From: Mobula hypostoma
Lineage: Eukaryota
NCBI RefSeq assembly: GCF_963921235.1
Contig: NC_086109.1
Location: 7,194,001 to 7,258,000, forward strand
Direction: 5' to 3'
Length of the DNA: 64,000 nt
Shown one piece after another: positions 24,643 through 39,000 of this stretch (position 1 is the first letter of the stretch; every line of letters begins with the position of its first letter). Made by a program: the position numbers and the translations under genes. Under the pieces are notes generated by a model that was not told the origin of the DNA, did not search any database, and saw only the letters and a program-made list of their open reading frames with translations.

Positions 24643-25289
24643 ATACTTTATTGTCGCCAAACAATTGATACTGGAGTGTACAATCATCACAGCGATATTT
24701 GGTTCTGCGCTTTGCACTTCCTTGAGTACAAGTCGATAGTAAATATTAAAAATTTAAATTATAAATCATAAATAGAAAATAGAAAAGAGAAAGTAAGGTA
24801 GTGCAAAAAAACTGAGAGGCAAGTCCAATATGCAACTTTCCTCCAGTTATTTTAAAATTATGCTCCCCTGTATTAGCCATTTCCACATTGAGGAAATAAT
24901 CTCTGGACATCCGCTCTGTCTATGCCTCTTATCATCTTGTACCCCTCTATCAAGTCACCTCTCATTCTCCTTTGCTCCAAAAAGAAAAGCCCTCTCTCTC
25001 AGTCTGTCAAGTATTCTAACTGAGTCAGCATGCTGATAACTCTCCTTTGCACACTGTTATGTTTCCACATTCTTGCTATAATGAGACAACCAGAACTGAA
25101 GACAATACTCCAAATGTGACCTAACCAGAGTTTCATAGAGCTGCAACATTACCTCACGGCTCTTGAATTCAATCCCCTGACTAACGAAGGCCAACACAGC
25201 AAGTACCATCTTCAGCAACATATCAGCATGCGTAACAAAGCCACCCACCCAGCAGCAAAACTTACTGAAGAAATGTTATAGCCGAAACG

Positions 25290-25535
25290 GTTGCGTGGCG
25301 GTTGGCACAACGCTTTACAGTACAGGTGATCCGGGTTCAGTTCCCACTGCTGCCTTTACGTTCTCCCCGTGACTGCATCGGTTTCCTCCCACAGCCCAAA
25401 GGCGTACGGGTGGGCAGGTTAATTGGACAGTGTAAGTTGTCTGGTGATTGGGCTGAGATTAAATCAGGGATTGCTGGGCGGTGCAGCTCAAAGAACTGGA
25501 AGGGCCTGTTCTGTTCTGTTTCTCAATAAATAAAT
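25290..25535 (+). mobile_element. V-domain tRNA SINE
   Basis: Box B-like gggttcagttcc, V core ttctccccgtgactgcatcggtttcctcccac, (aata)n tail. Confidence 0.75.
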
Positions 25536-25979
25536 AGACAACATTTACTGTATGAGTGTCAATGTTGGTGCTAGTGTTCAAATAATCCTCTACAGCGGTT
25601 AAAAACCCATCTGATTTATCAATAGGATCTTGATGGAAGGAATCCTGCCACCTTCTCCCACTCTGGTCCAAGTGTAACTTAACAATGTGGTAGACGCTCA
25701 ACAGCCCTCTGAAGTGACCTGGACCACAACACCACAAGACCAGAAGTCCATAAGAACATAAGACCATAAGACATAGAAGCAGAGTTAGGCCATTCGGCCC
25801 ATTGAGTCTGTTCCATCATTTGATCACGGCTGATATATTTCCCTCTCAACCCCGTTCTTCTGCCTTCTCCACATAACCCTTGGCGCCTTTACTAGTCAGA
25901 AACCTATTAACCTCCTCTTCAGATATAGTAAATGATCTGGCTTCACAGTTGTCTGTGGTGATGAATTCCATAGATTCAA

Positions 25980-28900
25980 GGAAGAGAAATAGACAGCTGA
26001 TGCAGAGAACCCCTGTAGCCATTCCCCTCAATAATAGACTGTTTTATAGACTGTTGAGGGAGGTGGTATGGTGGGGGGGGGGGTTGCTGCAGCGACTGGG
26101 TCTCTGGCACCATGTCTGCCGTTGTAGCTCAGAGGAGAAGAGAGATGAAGAGGACTGCAGTAGTGATAGGAGATCCCATAGTTAGAGGAATAGACATGAG
26201 ATTCTGTGGGCGTGATGAAGATACCCGGATGGTATGCTGCCTCACAAGTCAGGGTCAGGAATGTCTCGGATCGGGTCCAGGGCTATCTAAAGGGGAAGCG
26301 TGAGCAGTCAGAAGTCTTGGTACATATTGGCACCAATGATATAGGAAGGTGAGGAGGTCCTTAAGAAAGATTTTAGGTAGAAAGCTGGAAAACAGGACTG
26401 CCAGTAATCTCTGGATTGCTGCCTGTGCCACATGCCAGTGAGGGTAAGAATAGGATAATTTGGCAGGCGAATGTGTGGAGCAGGGGGAAGGGGTTCAGAT
26501 TTATGGATCATTGGGATCCCTTCTGGGGAAGGTACGAACTGTACAAAAGAGATGGGTTACACCTGAACCTGAGGGGAACGAATATCCTTTCGGGCAGGTT
26601 TGCTGGAGGTGCTCAGGAGGGTTTAAACTAGTTTGGCAGGGGGCTGGGAACCAGAGTGAGAGGGCTGAGGAGGGGGCAGTTGGTTTACAAACAGAGACAG
26701 TGTGTAGTGAGACTGCTAGCAAGGAGAAGCTGTTATAGGGCAACATTACAGTCACTAGGATGAGTTGCAATGTAAAAAGGGGTAAGGGGTTAAAATGTGA
26801 ATGCACGCAGTACACGGAATAAAGTCGGTGAACCTGTAGCACAGTTAGAGATCGGCAAGTATGATGTTGTGGGCGTCACTGAGTCGTGGCTGGGAACATT
26901 ATAGCTGGGAGCTTAACATCCAAGTATGCATATTGTATCGAAAGGACAGGCAAATAGGCAGAGGGGTTGGAATGACTCTGTAGGTAAAAAATTAAATTGA
27001 ACCATAAGAAAGTGGCAACATAGGATCAGAAGGTGTAGAATATTTGTGGGTAGAGCTAAGAACTACAAGGGTAAAAAGATCATGATGGGAGTTATATACA
27101 GGCCTTCAAACAGTAGCCAGCATGTGGGCAACAAGTTAAAATGAGAGATAGAAAACGCATGTCAAAAAGAAAATGTTATGATAGTCATAAGAGATTTCAA
27201 TATGCAGGTAAATTGGGAAAATCAGGTTAGTGCTGGATCCCAAGAGGGGGAATTTGTAGAATGCACACACAATAGCTTTTTTGAGCAGTTCATGGTTGAG
27301 CTCACTAGGGGATCAGTTATTCTGAAACTGGTGTTGTGCAATGAACCAGAATTGATTAGAGAGCTTAAGGTTAAGGAACCCTGAGGGGTACATGATCATA
27401 ATTCACCCTACAATTTAAGAAGGAGAGGCTAAAGTCAGATGTATCAGTATTACAGTGGAGCAAAGGGAATTTCAGAGGCATGAGAGAGGAGCTGGCCAAA
27501 GATGATTGGAAGCGAACACTAGCAGGGGTGACAATAAAACAGCAATGGCTGGAATTTCTGGGAGCAATTCGGAAGGCTCAGGATAGATACATCCCAAAGA
27601 ATAAGAAGTTTCCTAAAGGCAGGATGAAGAAACTATGGCTGACAAGAGAAGTCAAAGCCAACATAAAAGCCAAAGACAGGTCCTATAATAAAGCAAAAAA
27701 TTAGTGGGAAGTTAGAGGATTGGGAAGACCAATTAAAAAAGTCACAAAGAGGGAAAAGGTGGAATATGAAGATAAAGTAGTCTATAATATTAAATAGGAT
27801 ACCAAATATTTTTTCGGATATGTAAATGGTAAATGAGAGGTGAGAGTAGATATCGGACCATTGGAAAATGATGCTGGAGCAGTAGTAATGGGGCATAAGG
27901 AAATGGCGGATGAACTGAATAAGTATTTTGCAAAAGTGTGCTGGAAGTTTGAGAGCATCGGGGCAGAAATGAGTGAAATTGCCATTACTAGGGAGACAGT
28001 GCTTGGGAAGCTGATAGCTCAGAAGGTGGATAAATCCCCTGGACCAGATGGTCTACACCCCAGGATTCTAAAAGAGATGGCTGAAGAGATTGTAAAGGCA
28101 TTAGTAATGCTTTTTCAAGATCAATAGAGTCTGGCATGGTCCCAGAGGACTGGAAAATTGTAAATGTCACTCCACTCTTCAAGAAGGGAGAAAGGCAGAA
28201 GACAGGAAATTATAAGCCAGTTAATTTGACCTCTGTGGTTGGGAAGATATTGGAGTTGATTGCTAAGGATATGGATTGGGGTACTTGGAGGCATTTGATT
28301 AAATAGGCCAATGTTGGCATGATTTCCTCAAGGGAAAATCATGCTTGACAAATGTGTTGGAATTCTTTGAGGATATCACAAGCAGGATAGGGAAGGGAAA
28401 ATCAGTGGATGTTGTGTACTTGTATGTTCATAAGGCCTTTGACAAGGTGCCACACACGAGGCTGCTTAACAGGAAAGATTCTAGCATGGATAGAGCATTG
28501 GCTGATTGGCAGGAGGCAAAGAGTGGGAATAAAAGGAGCCTTTTTTGGTTGGCTGGTGGTGACTAGTATTATGTCAAAAGGTCTGAGTTGGGACCGCTTC
28601 TTTTTACGTTATATGTTAATGATTTGGATGACAGAATTGATAGCTTTGTGGCCAAGTCTGCAGACGATACGAAGATTGGTGGAGGGGCAGGTCGTGCTGA
28701 GGAAGCAGGGAAACTGCAGAAGGACTTGGACAAATTGGGAGAATGGTAAAGAATAAAGAAGTGTCAGATGGAATACAGTGTCCGGAATTTCTTTAGCCGG
28801 AGGGTGGAGAATCTGTAGAATTCGTTGCCACAGGTGGCCGTGGAAGTCAAGTCATTGAATAAATGTAAACCAGTGGTTGATTCTTGATTAGTAAGAACAT

Positions 28901-29020
28901 GAAGGGTTATGGGGAGAAAGCAGTGGATTGGGGCTGAGAGAGAAAATGGATCAGCCATGATGAAATGGTGGATCAGACTTGAATGGCCAGATTGCTTAAT
29001 TCTGCTCCTATATCTTACGG
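25980..29020 (+). mobile_element. Long degenerate CR1 LINE (ORF1 SGNH esterase + ORF2 endonuclease/RT)
   Basis: ORF1 motifs VVIGDPIVRG..FCG, VHIGTND, RDGLHLN..G; ORF2 motifs GVTESW, YRP, DFN, DKSPGPDGLHPRILKE, CLTNVLEFFE, KAFDKVPH, ADDTK. Many stops and frameshifts. Confidence 0.9.
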
Positions 29021-30515
29021 TATCCTGTTTTTATTCACCACCCTGTGGCTAAAGAGATTCCTCTTCTCTGTTCTGAAGGGCTATCCTTCTGTTTTGAGGC
29101 TCTGCCCCCCGGATCTTAGACTCCCTTGCTATAGGAAACACTATCTCCATGTCCACTCTATCTAGGCCTCTCAAACTTCGGTTGGTTTCACTGAGATTCC
29201 CCCCACCCTCATTCTTCTAAACTCCAGCAAGTGCAGGCCCAAAGCCATCAAACAGTTCTCACACCACTTATCGTCCGGCTGATAAATACAAGTGAATTCA
29301 CCATTGTGGGAATGAATAATTAAAATAAATTCAAATGAAGACCAGTGTATTTCCAAGGGATTCTACTGCCATTCAAATTAAAGGTAATGTTCTTGTAAAT
29401 ACCATCCCAAGTAAATGCAGCAATGTTTGCAGAATGAGGGATTAATTAAATAGCATTTACTTATGTGATGAGGTCTTTCACTGACAATGTCAGCTTTTAT
29501 AAATAAAACAGAGTCTGATTCTGATGCCAAGATGGATAATTCTCTTGCTCGGGATCTTCTAGTGGCCAAAGAACGTTAAGCCTGGCCCAGTCTCTTCCAT
29601 TCTCCATTTATACGAAGCTGCGCTCTTTCTTTCCAGAGAGTGAGAAGCGTCTCGTACACAGAGATTGAACGAGGTTACACTTGGTCTCTTCATAACTTCA
29701 CCCTCCCAGCAATGTCTTACTTCATTGTTTGTATCTTCTACACCCTGGCAAATGACCAGCCCATGAGAGAAGAGCTTGGCTTCACGACAGAGCGATCTGT
29801 CCCTGTTCTGCTTCCACACAGTACCTGTGTGTCTGGCGCTGTGCACTTTGAAGAGTTGTTTAAAACATAGAATCACTACAGAACAGTACAGGCCCTTTGC
29901 TACTCGATTAACCCACTCTAATTTCCATCTAACCATGTCCTCTCACATAGCTCTCCACTTCTCTATCGTCCATGAGCTTAGGATTTTCTTAAACACCCCT
30001 ACCTGATGGAAATTGCATTATTTTTTGTGTTGACCTTCTCTGAGTGAAGTTCCTTGTTTTTTTTTTGCCAAGCTGAATGCTGGTGTTTGCAGTTGCTTAA
30101 CGTGATTTCTGTTTGCAGTCAGACTTGCTCTTGCTGCAGATGTCCTTGAACTTATCAAAAGCAAAAGCTCTTTTACCAGTTGTTCCTGCTGGCTCTGTCT
30201 CTCAGCACACCGCTGCTGCATATCAATTCTAGGGCATCGTCTATTCCAGCTGTCATGGGTTGTTTTATCTACAGATGTTTTAAAGCTGATTTGGTAGCCA
30301 ATTTAGTATCTTGTTCTCTTTATATTTCTGGCACTGGAGCTAGATCTTCCACTAAATCTGGATTTCCCAGTGTTAACTTTAGCTTTCCCATGTCCTTTTT
30401 GGTCACTTTGAATATCGGCTTCATTGACTTGCAAAGAATATAGAAATTTACAGCAAATTACAGGCCCTTCGGCCCACAATGTTGTGCCGACCATGTAACT
30501 TACTCTAGAAACCTC

Positions 30516-33069
30516 CATAGAAACCATAGAAACTACAGCACTGAAACAGGCCTTTTGGCCCTTCTTGGCTGTGCCAAACCATCTTCTGCCTAGTCCCACT
30601 GACCTGCACACGGACCATATCCCTCCATACACCTCCCATCCATGTATCTGTCCAATTTATTCTTAAATGTTAAAAAAGAACCTGCATTTACCACCTCATC
30701 TGGCAGCTCATTCCATACTCCCACCACTCTCTGTGTGAAGAAGCCCCCACTAATGTTCCCTTTAAACATTTCCCCCCTCACCCTTAACCCATGTCCTCTG
30801 GTTTTTTTCTCCCCTTGCCTCAGTGGAAAAAGCCTGCTTGCATTCATTTTATCTATACCCATCATAATTTTATATACCTCTATCAAATCTCCCCTCATTC
30901 TTCACGCTCCAGGGAATAAAGTCCTAACCTATTCAACCTTTCTCTGGAACTGAGTTTCTCAAGTCCTGGCAACATCCTTGTAAACCTTCTCTGCACTCTT
31001 TCAACCTTATTTACATCCTTCCTGTAATTTGGTGACCAAAACTGAACACAATACTCCAGATTCGGCCTCACCAATGCCTTATACAACCTCATCATAACAT
31101 TCCAGCTCTTATACTCAATACTTTGATTAATAAAGGCCAATGTACCAAAAGCTCTCTTTATGACCCTATCTACTTGTGACGCCACTTTTAGGGAATTTTG
31201 TATCTGTATTCCCAGATCCCTCTGTTCTACTGCACTCCTCAGTGTCTTACCATTAACCCTGTATGTTCTATCTTGGTTTGTCCTTCCAACGTGCAATACC
31301 TCACACTTGTCTGTATTAAACTCCATCTGCCATTTTTCAGCCCATTTTTCCAGCTGGTCCAAGGCCCTTTACAGGCTCTGAAAACCTTCCTCACTGTCTA
31401 CTACACCTCCAATCTTTGTATCATCAGCAAATTTGCTGATCCAATTTACCACATTATCATCCAGATCATTGATATAGATGACAAATAACAATGGACCCAG
31501 CACTGATCCCTGTGGCACACCACTAGTCACAGGCCTCCACTCAGAGAAGCAATTCTCTACCACCACGCTTTGGCTTCTTCCATTGAGCCAATGTCTAATC
31601 CAATTTACCACCTCTCCATGTATACCTAGCGACTGAATTTTCCTAACTAACCTCCCATGCGGGACCTTGTCAAAGGCCTTACTGAAATCCATGTCATGAA
31701 TATCCAATGCCTTCCCTTCATCCACTTTCCTGGTAACCTCCTCGAAAAACTCCAATAGATTGGTCAAACATGACCTACCACGCACAAAGCCATGTTGACT
31801 CTCCCTAATAAGTCCCAGTCTATCCAAATGCTTGTAGATTCTGTCTCTTAGTACTCCCTCCAATAACTTACCTACTACCGACGTTAAACTCACCAGCCTA
31901 TAATTTCCCGGATTACTTTTCGATCCTTTTTTAAACAACGGAACAACATGAGCCACTCCCCAATCCTCCGGCACCTCACCCGTAGACAGCGACATTTTAA
32001 ATATTTCTGCCAGGGCCCCCGCAATTTCAACACTAGTCTCCTTCGAGGTCCGAGGGAACACTCTGTCAGGTCCCGGGGATTTATCCACTTTAATTTTCCT
32101 CAAGACAGCAAGCACCTCCTCCTTTTCAATCTGTACAGTTTCCATGATCTCACTACTTGATTCCCTCAATTCCATAGACTTCATGCCAGTTTCCTTAGTA
32201 AATACAGATGCAAAAAACCTATTTTAAGATCTCCCCCATTTCCTTTGGTTCCGCACATAGCCGACCACTCTGATCTTCAAGAGGACCAATTTTATCCCTT
32301 ACAATCCTTTTGCTCTTAATATACCCGTAAAAGCTCTTTGGATTATCCTTCACTTTGACTACCAAGGCAACCTCATGTCTTCTTTTAGCCCTCCTGATTA
32401 CTTCCTTAAGTATTTACTTGCACTTCTTATACTCCTCAAGCACCTGATTTACTGCCTGTTTCCTATACATGTCATACAACTCTCTCTCCTTCTTTATCAG
32501 AGTTGCAATATCCCTTGAGAACCAAGGTTCCTTATTCCTATTCAATTTGCCTTCATACAAACTCTGCACTCTCAAAATTTCCCCTTTGAAGGCTTCCCAC
32601 CTACCAATCACATCTTTGCCAGAGAACAACCTGTCCCAATCCACGCTTTTTAGATCCTTTCTCATTTCTTCAAATTTGGCCTTCTTCCAGTTCAGAACCT
32701 CAACCCTAGGACCAGATCTATCCTTGTCCATGATCAAATTGAAACTAATGGTGTTATGATCACTGGAACCAAAGTGCTCGCCTACACAGACTTCCGTCAC
32801 TTGTCCTAACTTGTTTCCTAACAGGAAATCCAATATTGCATCCCCTCTAGTTGGTCATTCTATATATTGATTTAGAAAACTTCCTTGAACACATTTTACA
32901 AACTCTAAACCATCTAGACCTCTAACAGTATGGGAGTCCCAATCAATCTATGGAAAATTAAAATCCCCTACCACCACAACTTTATGTTTCCTGCAGTTGC
33001 CTGCTATCTCTCTGCAGATTTGCTCTTCCAAGTCTCGTTGACTATTGGGTGGTCTGTAGTACAATCCCA
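30516..33069 (-). mobile_element. CR1 LINE ORF2 (partial endonuclease + RT) nested in an older CR1 3' end
   Basis: Minus-strand ORFs 32414-32833 (SDHN), 31369-32184 (DKSPGPD..GVPQGSVLGP..FADDTK), 30895-31362 and 30590-30898. The flanks 30438-30515 and 33070-33480 rejoin to match the CR1 end at 45158-45605. Confidence 0.92.
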
Positions 33070-33480
33070 CTTGAATTTCCCTTCCGCATAGCCCTCTCTT
33101 TTTCTAAGCTCCATGTACCTACCTAAAAGTCTTTTAAAAGACCCTGTTACATCTACTTCCACCACCACCACTGGTAGTGCATTCCACACACCCACAACTC
33201 TCTGTGTGAAAAACCTACCCCTGACATCCCCTCGGTACCCATTTCCAAGCACCTTAAAACTATGTCCCCTCGTGTTGATCATTTCAGCTCTGGGAAAAAG
33301 CTTCTGGCTACCCACACGATCAATGCCTCTCATCATCTTATACACCTCTATCAGGTCACCACTCATCCTCTGTTGCTCCAAGGAGAAAAGGCCAAGTTAA
33401 CTCAAGCTATTCTCATAAGATACACTCTCCAATCCAGGCAACATCCTTGTAAATCTCCTCTGCACTCTCTATAGCATCCA
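33070..33480 (-). mobile_element. CR1 3' fragment, host of the nested insertion
   Basis: GDLIEVYKMMRGIDRV...FFTQRVVGVWNALP. Confidence 0.88.
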
Positions 33481-35359
33481 CCATAGACTTGGCCCGACTT
33501 TAATTACAATCAATCCCAATTCCATGCCAAGTTCTTTAATTCTGAGGAAATTTCCAAGTGTAAATATGACACAGTATCAAGAGGTTTTACAACAAATGGA
33601 GATTTAATTTGAAGTTGGCTTGTTGTTCATGTGTAGTTTGGCCACTTCCTGGGCAATCTCAATGTGGTAGTCTCAAAAAGTGAGCTCAGGGACTGAGGTA
33701 AAATAGTAATTATATTTAATTGTTTCTTTTACCAAGTTAATGTAACCAGGATCACCAGTGTTGGATCTCTGTTTAATTTCTGATCCTCGGGGTTCTTCCA
33801 GGAGTCAGGAATGGTGAGCAGTCATAATTCCAAGCTTTCAGTTCATCTTAGAGTACAAACAAACATGCAAATATTATGCAAGCTAAATGAAGAGCTGAGG
33901 TACAATGCTAAGAGGTGAATAGACAAAGGAATAAGGAAGAATCCAAGCAGTCAAGATGGCACCTCTGAAAGATCCATCACTTTTATAGATGAGATAGGCC
34001 ATTCATTAGATAGGAATAAACAGGTAGATAGGCCACATAATTAGAACAATTACATCACGTGTAATACTTAGCCAATGAAAAATGAGAAAAGTGATAAACT
34101 GTTAGTTTAGCTGCAATATCACTTTCTGCCAGAGAGTGTGAAATACAGATGCTTGTTACAAATACAAATCTTACGAAAAGTATGATTGAAAAGGACAGTG
34201 GTTTCCAGCACCAGTTGCTGTCGGAGAGGTCAACGAGCTCCAGATGCGCCAGCAAGTTTCTACAGACGTACTGTGAGCAGAATGCTGACTGGTTGCAATG
34301 CCGTCCGGTATGAAGGCATCAACGCTGAAGATTGGAAAAAGTTACAGAGGGTTGTGGACTCAATCATCCCCATCATGGGCACGACCCTCCCCACGCTGCT
34401 AATTTGATGCTCATTGTTTTTATTCACTTGCCTTCACTTTCTTCAATTAATACCTTAACCTCCCTTTGGGACCTTGGCTGAGCAGTTAGAAGGGTCTATA
34501 AGACCTACCCCAACCACCATTTGTCATACCAAAACCAGATGGCCAACGCGAGTCTGAGAGCTCTTGATCACGGAATGGAGATCTGGAGGCAGCCTGCCCC
34601 AGGGTTGTAGGCCTGTCCGTGTGTGCAAGTGGGTGGGTAGGTGTGTAGGGTGTGTGTATGTGTGTGTGTGTGGGGGGGGGTTGTTTTGTTGTTGCTGCCA
34701 TGACTTTTGTTCAAAGTTCAAAGTTTAAAGTAAATTTATTATCAAAGTACATATATGTCACCATATACAACTCTGAGATTCATTTTCTTGTTGCCATACT
34801 CAATAAATCCACAGAATAATAACCATAATAGAATTAATGAAAGACTGCCCAATGTGGGTGTTCAACCAGAATGCAGAAAACAACTAACTGTGCAAATAAT
34901 ATAAGAAAGATATAATAACAACAATACATAAATAATCAATAAATATGCAGAATATCAGATGAAGGGTCATTGAAAGTGAGTGCATTGGTTGTGGGAACAT
35001 TTCAATGACGGCAACTGAACATTTCGACTGAACCTTGGAGGCCTGTTATGTTGGCATCAGAATGTGTGGCGACACTTGGCGGGTTGCCCTCAGCATACCC
35101 TTAGGTTCTGTTGGTTGTTAACGTAAAGCACACACATTTCACTGTATGTTTTGATATACCTGTGATAAATAAATCTGAACCTGAATCTGAAATGTCTGCG
35201 TCCACCCAGTCTGCAGTTACCTGGGAGTAGGTTTACCCTGACCAGCTGAGTGCGACATTGCTGTACCAGGTACTGCATGTCCAGGTTGGGTTCTACCAGG
35301 GCGTCTTGACTCCTGATCTCATCAGAGCCCAAGTTCAAGTCTAAAAGCTGTGGTTAGGT

Positions 35360-35830
35360 TAGAGAAGCAGCACCTTATATTCCGTCTGAGTAGCCTCCTA
35401 CCTGATGGCGTGAACATTGATTTCTTGAAATTTTGGTAATTACCCTGCACTCCTGTCCTTCATCATTCCTCATTCCTGTTTCCCTCTCTCACCTTATCTC
35501 CGTGCTGGCCCATCACCTCCCTCTGGTGCTCCTCCCCCTTCCCTTTCTTCGGTGGTCTTCTGTCCTCTCCTATCAGATTCCCCCTCTTCCAATCCGTTAT
35601 CTCATCCTCCAATTAACTTCAGCTTTTTACTTTATCCCCTCCCTCTCTCCCAAGTTCACCTATCTTGTACTTCTTCCTCCACTCCCCCCACCTTCTTAGT
35701 CCTTCTGGTCCCGATGAAGTGTCCCAGCCTGAAACATCGACTGTTTACTCCCATCCATAGATGCTGCCTGACCTGCTGAGCTCCTCCAGCACCTTGTGTG
35801 CATTGCTCTGGATTTCCAGCATCTGCAGTA
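35360..35830 (+). mobile_element. PLE 3' fragment with degenerate hammerhead
   Basis: EKQHLIFRLSSLLPDGVNIDF, then a pyrimidine-rich UTR, ccgatgaag..gaaacatcgactg and the PLE tail. Confidence 0.8.
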
Positions 35831-37585
35831 CCTCTTGGTCTCCAAGAACTGAAAACTGGTTGTCTCCAAGAAAACATCTCACCATAATGAGTTGAATCTT
35901 CATTTTGAGCCTCACCACAAGTGATATATTAAGCACAAATGAGCACGTGCATCCTGGCCTTGAAGAGCTGGAACTTAACACAAGAGAATATCAGTATTAA
36001 CCAAATATTCCCAACATTTTCTGCCAGAAAGGGCTTGGATGAAGAGTGCATACAGACTACCGACTGCCTGTTAATGCAAAGATTTGAGTAAAACAAACCA
36101 TTTGGATTCAACCCTACAAAAACATACTCTTACAACAGGAGGTATCAATAGGTTGACTAGCAGAACTAAGGATAACTTTGTGCAATCTTGCCCACTTGCC
36201 AGTACATTACTGATACACGTGACATCCAGGAACCATTTGAAGCTCCAGTAAGTTTCAGCACTGTTGCCCACAACTGATCTACTGCATTTCAGTGGAGTAG
36301 TGCCACAAGTCCCTGCCCCTCAAAGCCAATATTCAGATTTATTGGCAAGATTCTTTCCATGTTGTTGGATAAATTGACTCAGGCAAGGTTTTGTCTGTGG
36401 CACGGTGGACGAGTTACTGAACTGGACCTTGGAGGCTTGAGTTTAAATCCCCCTATGAAGGTGTGGAAACAATTCAAGTCATGCAGTAGTCAAAGTCAAA
36501 AATAAATTTATTGTCAAAGTGTTCATCTGTTACCTTGAGATTCATTTTCTTGCAGGCATTTATAGGAAAACAGACAAAATCAATAGAAGTTATAAAAAAA
36601 TACACACATAGACAAAGACTGACACGCAATCAACGTGCAAAAGACAGAGAGTGCAAATAAAAAAAATCAGTGTTACTGAGAGCATGAGTTGTGGAGACCC
36701 TGACAGTGGGTCTGTGGGTTGTGAACATTTACATAGGCTGCTGCCACAAGAAAGTAGCGTCCATCCTTAGGGACCCCAACGAGGCTCTCGTCTCACTGTT
36801 CCCATTAGGAAGGAGCTACAGGAGACAAGCCCCACACAGTCAGGTTCAGGAACAGCTATTACTCTATGACCATCTGGAATGGAGAGTAGGTATTCTGAGC
36901 AGTGACCATGGACCTCCTGGAATGCCATTGGGCTTTCCTTTGTGTGGAGAAAGACCATGAGGCCAGAATTTATACACAGCAGAATTAAACCATTTAGCCT
37001 GCTGAGTCTCCTCGGCCATTCAACCATGGCTGTTTTTTCATCTACATTCCCCTGCCTTTTCCCCATCACCCTGAACCCGCTTACCAACCAAGAAAATATC
37101 AATCTCTGCCTCGGATACACACAATGATTTGGCCTCCAGGGTCTGCTCTGCCAGTGAATTCCACTGATTCACCACTCTCTGGCAGATGAAATTCCTCCTT
37201 ATTTCTGTTTTAAAGGGGTGTCGCTTAATTCTGAGACTTTTCCCTCAGGTCCTAGACTCTCCGATTGATGGAAACATCCTCTCCACTTCCACTCTATCCA
37301 GGCATTTCAGCATCTGGTAGGTTTCAATGAGATTCCCCCTTTATCCATTTGAACATTAAGTACAGACCCAAAGACATCAAACGTTCCTTGTGTTATTTAT
37401 ATATTTATTGAATTAGAGGGTGGAACAGGCCCTTCTGGCGCTTCGAGCCCCACCTCCCATCAACCCCCCACCTCCGATTTAACGCTAGCCTAATCACGGG
37501 ACAATTTGCAATGATCCAGAAAAGCTGTGAATTACAGTAATCAGATTCCCACTGTTATATAAAAAAATAGTTAATATTATATATA

Positions 37586-38016
37586 TGAGGGGTGATTGTT
37601 AAGTTCGTGGCCTAAGGTAGAAGGAGTCAATTTTAGAAAACCCAGCACATTTATTTTTCCTACATTTACACACTTAGTCCAGCGGTCGTGGAGCATACGG
37701 ATCCCTTCTTTGTAGAAGTGGTCTAAGGTAGAAGGAGACGCTCTTGTTACATGCACGTGCAGTTCAACTCTTTGAGCGATTATGCAGAAAGTTTGAAGTT
37801 AATAACTCATCTCCTTCTACCTTAGGCCACCAACTTATCAATCTCCCCTGTTGCGGACCACTTTCTGGAGGTCCAAGACGCCCACTTCTACAAAGAAGGG
37901 ATCCGTATGCTCCACGACCGCTGGACTAAGTGTGTAAATGTAGGAAAAATAAATGTGCTAGGTTTTCTAAAATTGACTCCTTCTACCTTAGGCCACGAAC
38001 TTATCAATCACCCCAG
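37586..38016. mobile_element. Mariner-derived MITE with ~135-bp TIRs
   Basis: 37586-37721 is the near-perfect reverse complement of 37882-38016; TA on both flanks; TIRs encode FYKEGIRMLHDRWTKCVNVG, resembling a mariner transposase C-terminus. Confidence 0.92.
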
Positions 38017-39000
38017 TATATAATAGTTAAGTGAAATAAGTAGTGAGGTAGGGTCCATTGGTTTTATGTAAATATTGAAATCTGATGGCAGATGGGAAGA
38101 AGCTGTTCCTGAATCACTGAGTGTGAACCGATAGGCTTCTGTGCCTCCTCCCTGATGGTAGCCATGAGAAGAGGTAGATTATGAGGTCAATAGTCTTATA
38201 ACAACAGGGAAGAGACTGTCTTACAGCCTTCTGTACCTTCTGCATGATGGGAGGGTGGGAAAACAGAATATCCAGGGTGGGTGAGGTCTCTGCCTATGTT
38301 GACTGCTCTACCAAGGCAGCAAGAATTGCAGACAGAGTGCCTGGAGGAGAGGCTGGTTTCTGTGCTGGGCTGTGTCTGCAACTCCCTGCCATTTCTTGCA
38401 GTCGCATTCAGAGCAGTGGCCTTATCAAGCTTTCCGTCAGTACATCTATAAAAACTGTTGAAGGTCAAAGGAGATATTCGGGCTGGAGGAGTTTCTCTGA
38501 GGACAGATCCTTCCAGAAGACTATGAGGTCTTGGAATGTGAAGAAAATAGTCCCTTTCCACCATGATGGGTTTGGAGAGAATTGGCCTCGATGAACTAGT
38601 CTTTCCTCACAGTCTTGCCTCGTCACCTTTTCCACCATTCTCTCATTCAGAGTCCCACTCAGATAGTGTTGCAATCCAGCCAGATTATTCCCTATCAAGA
38701 ATTCTTTGCTTTGGATGGAAACAAACTTCCCTTGGCCAAATTGCCATTGACTGGAAATAATGGTTTTAAGTTGTGACACTTTGGCTCTTCTACCTCTAAT
38801 TAAGAGAGCAGACTCACTCCTCAGCACAGTGTAAACAATGGCCGCTTTCTTTATTGACTGGACATAATCAGAATGCTCAGAACTTTACACCATGTCCTTA
38901 AAGAGAAAAATATTCTTGAAAAGGAAGTGTATAAACACAGCATAACTATGACATTACATCATAGTAGCACAGTGTTCTTGAAAAATAACTGAAGTAAATA

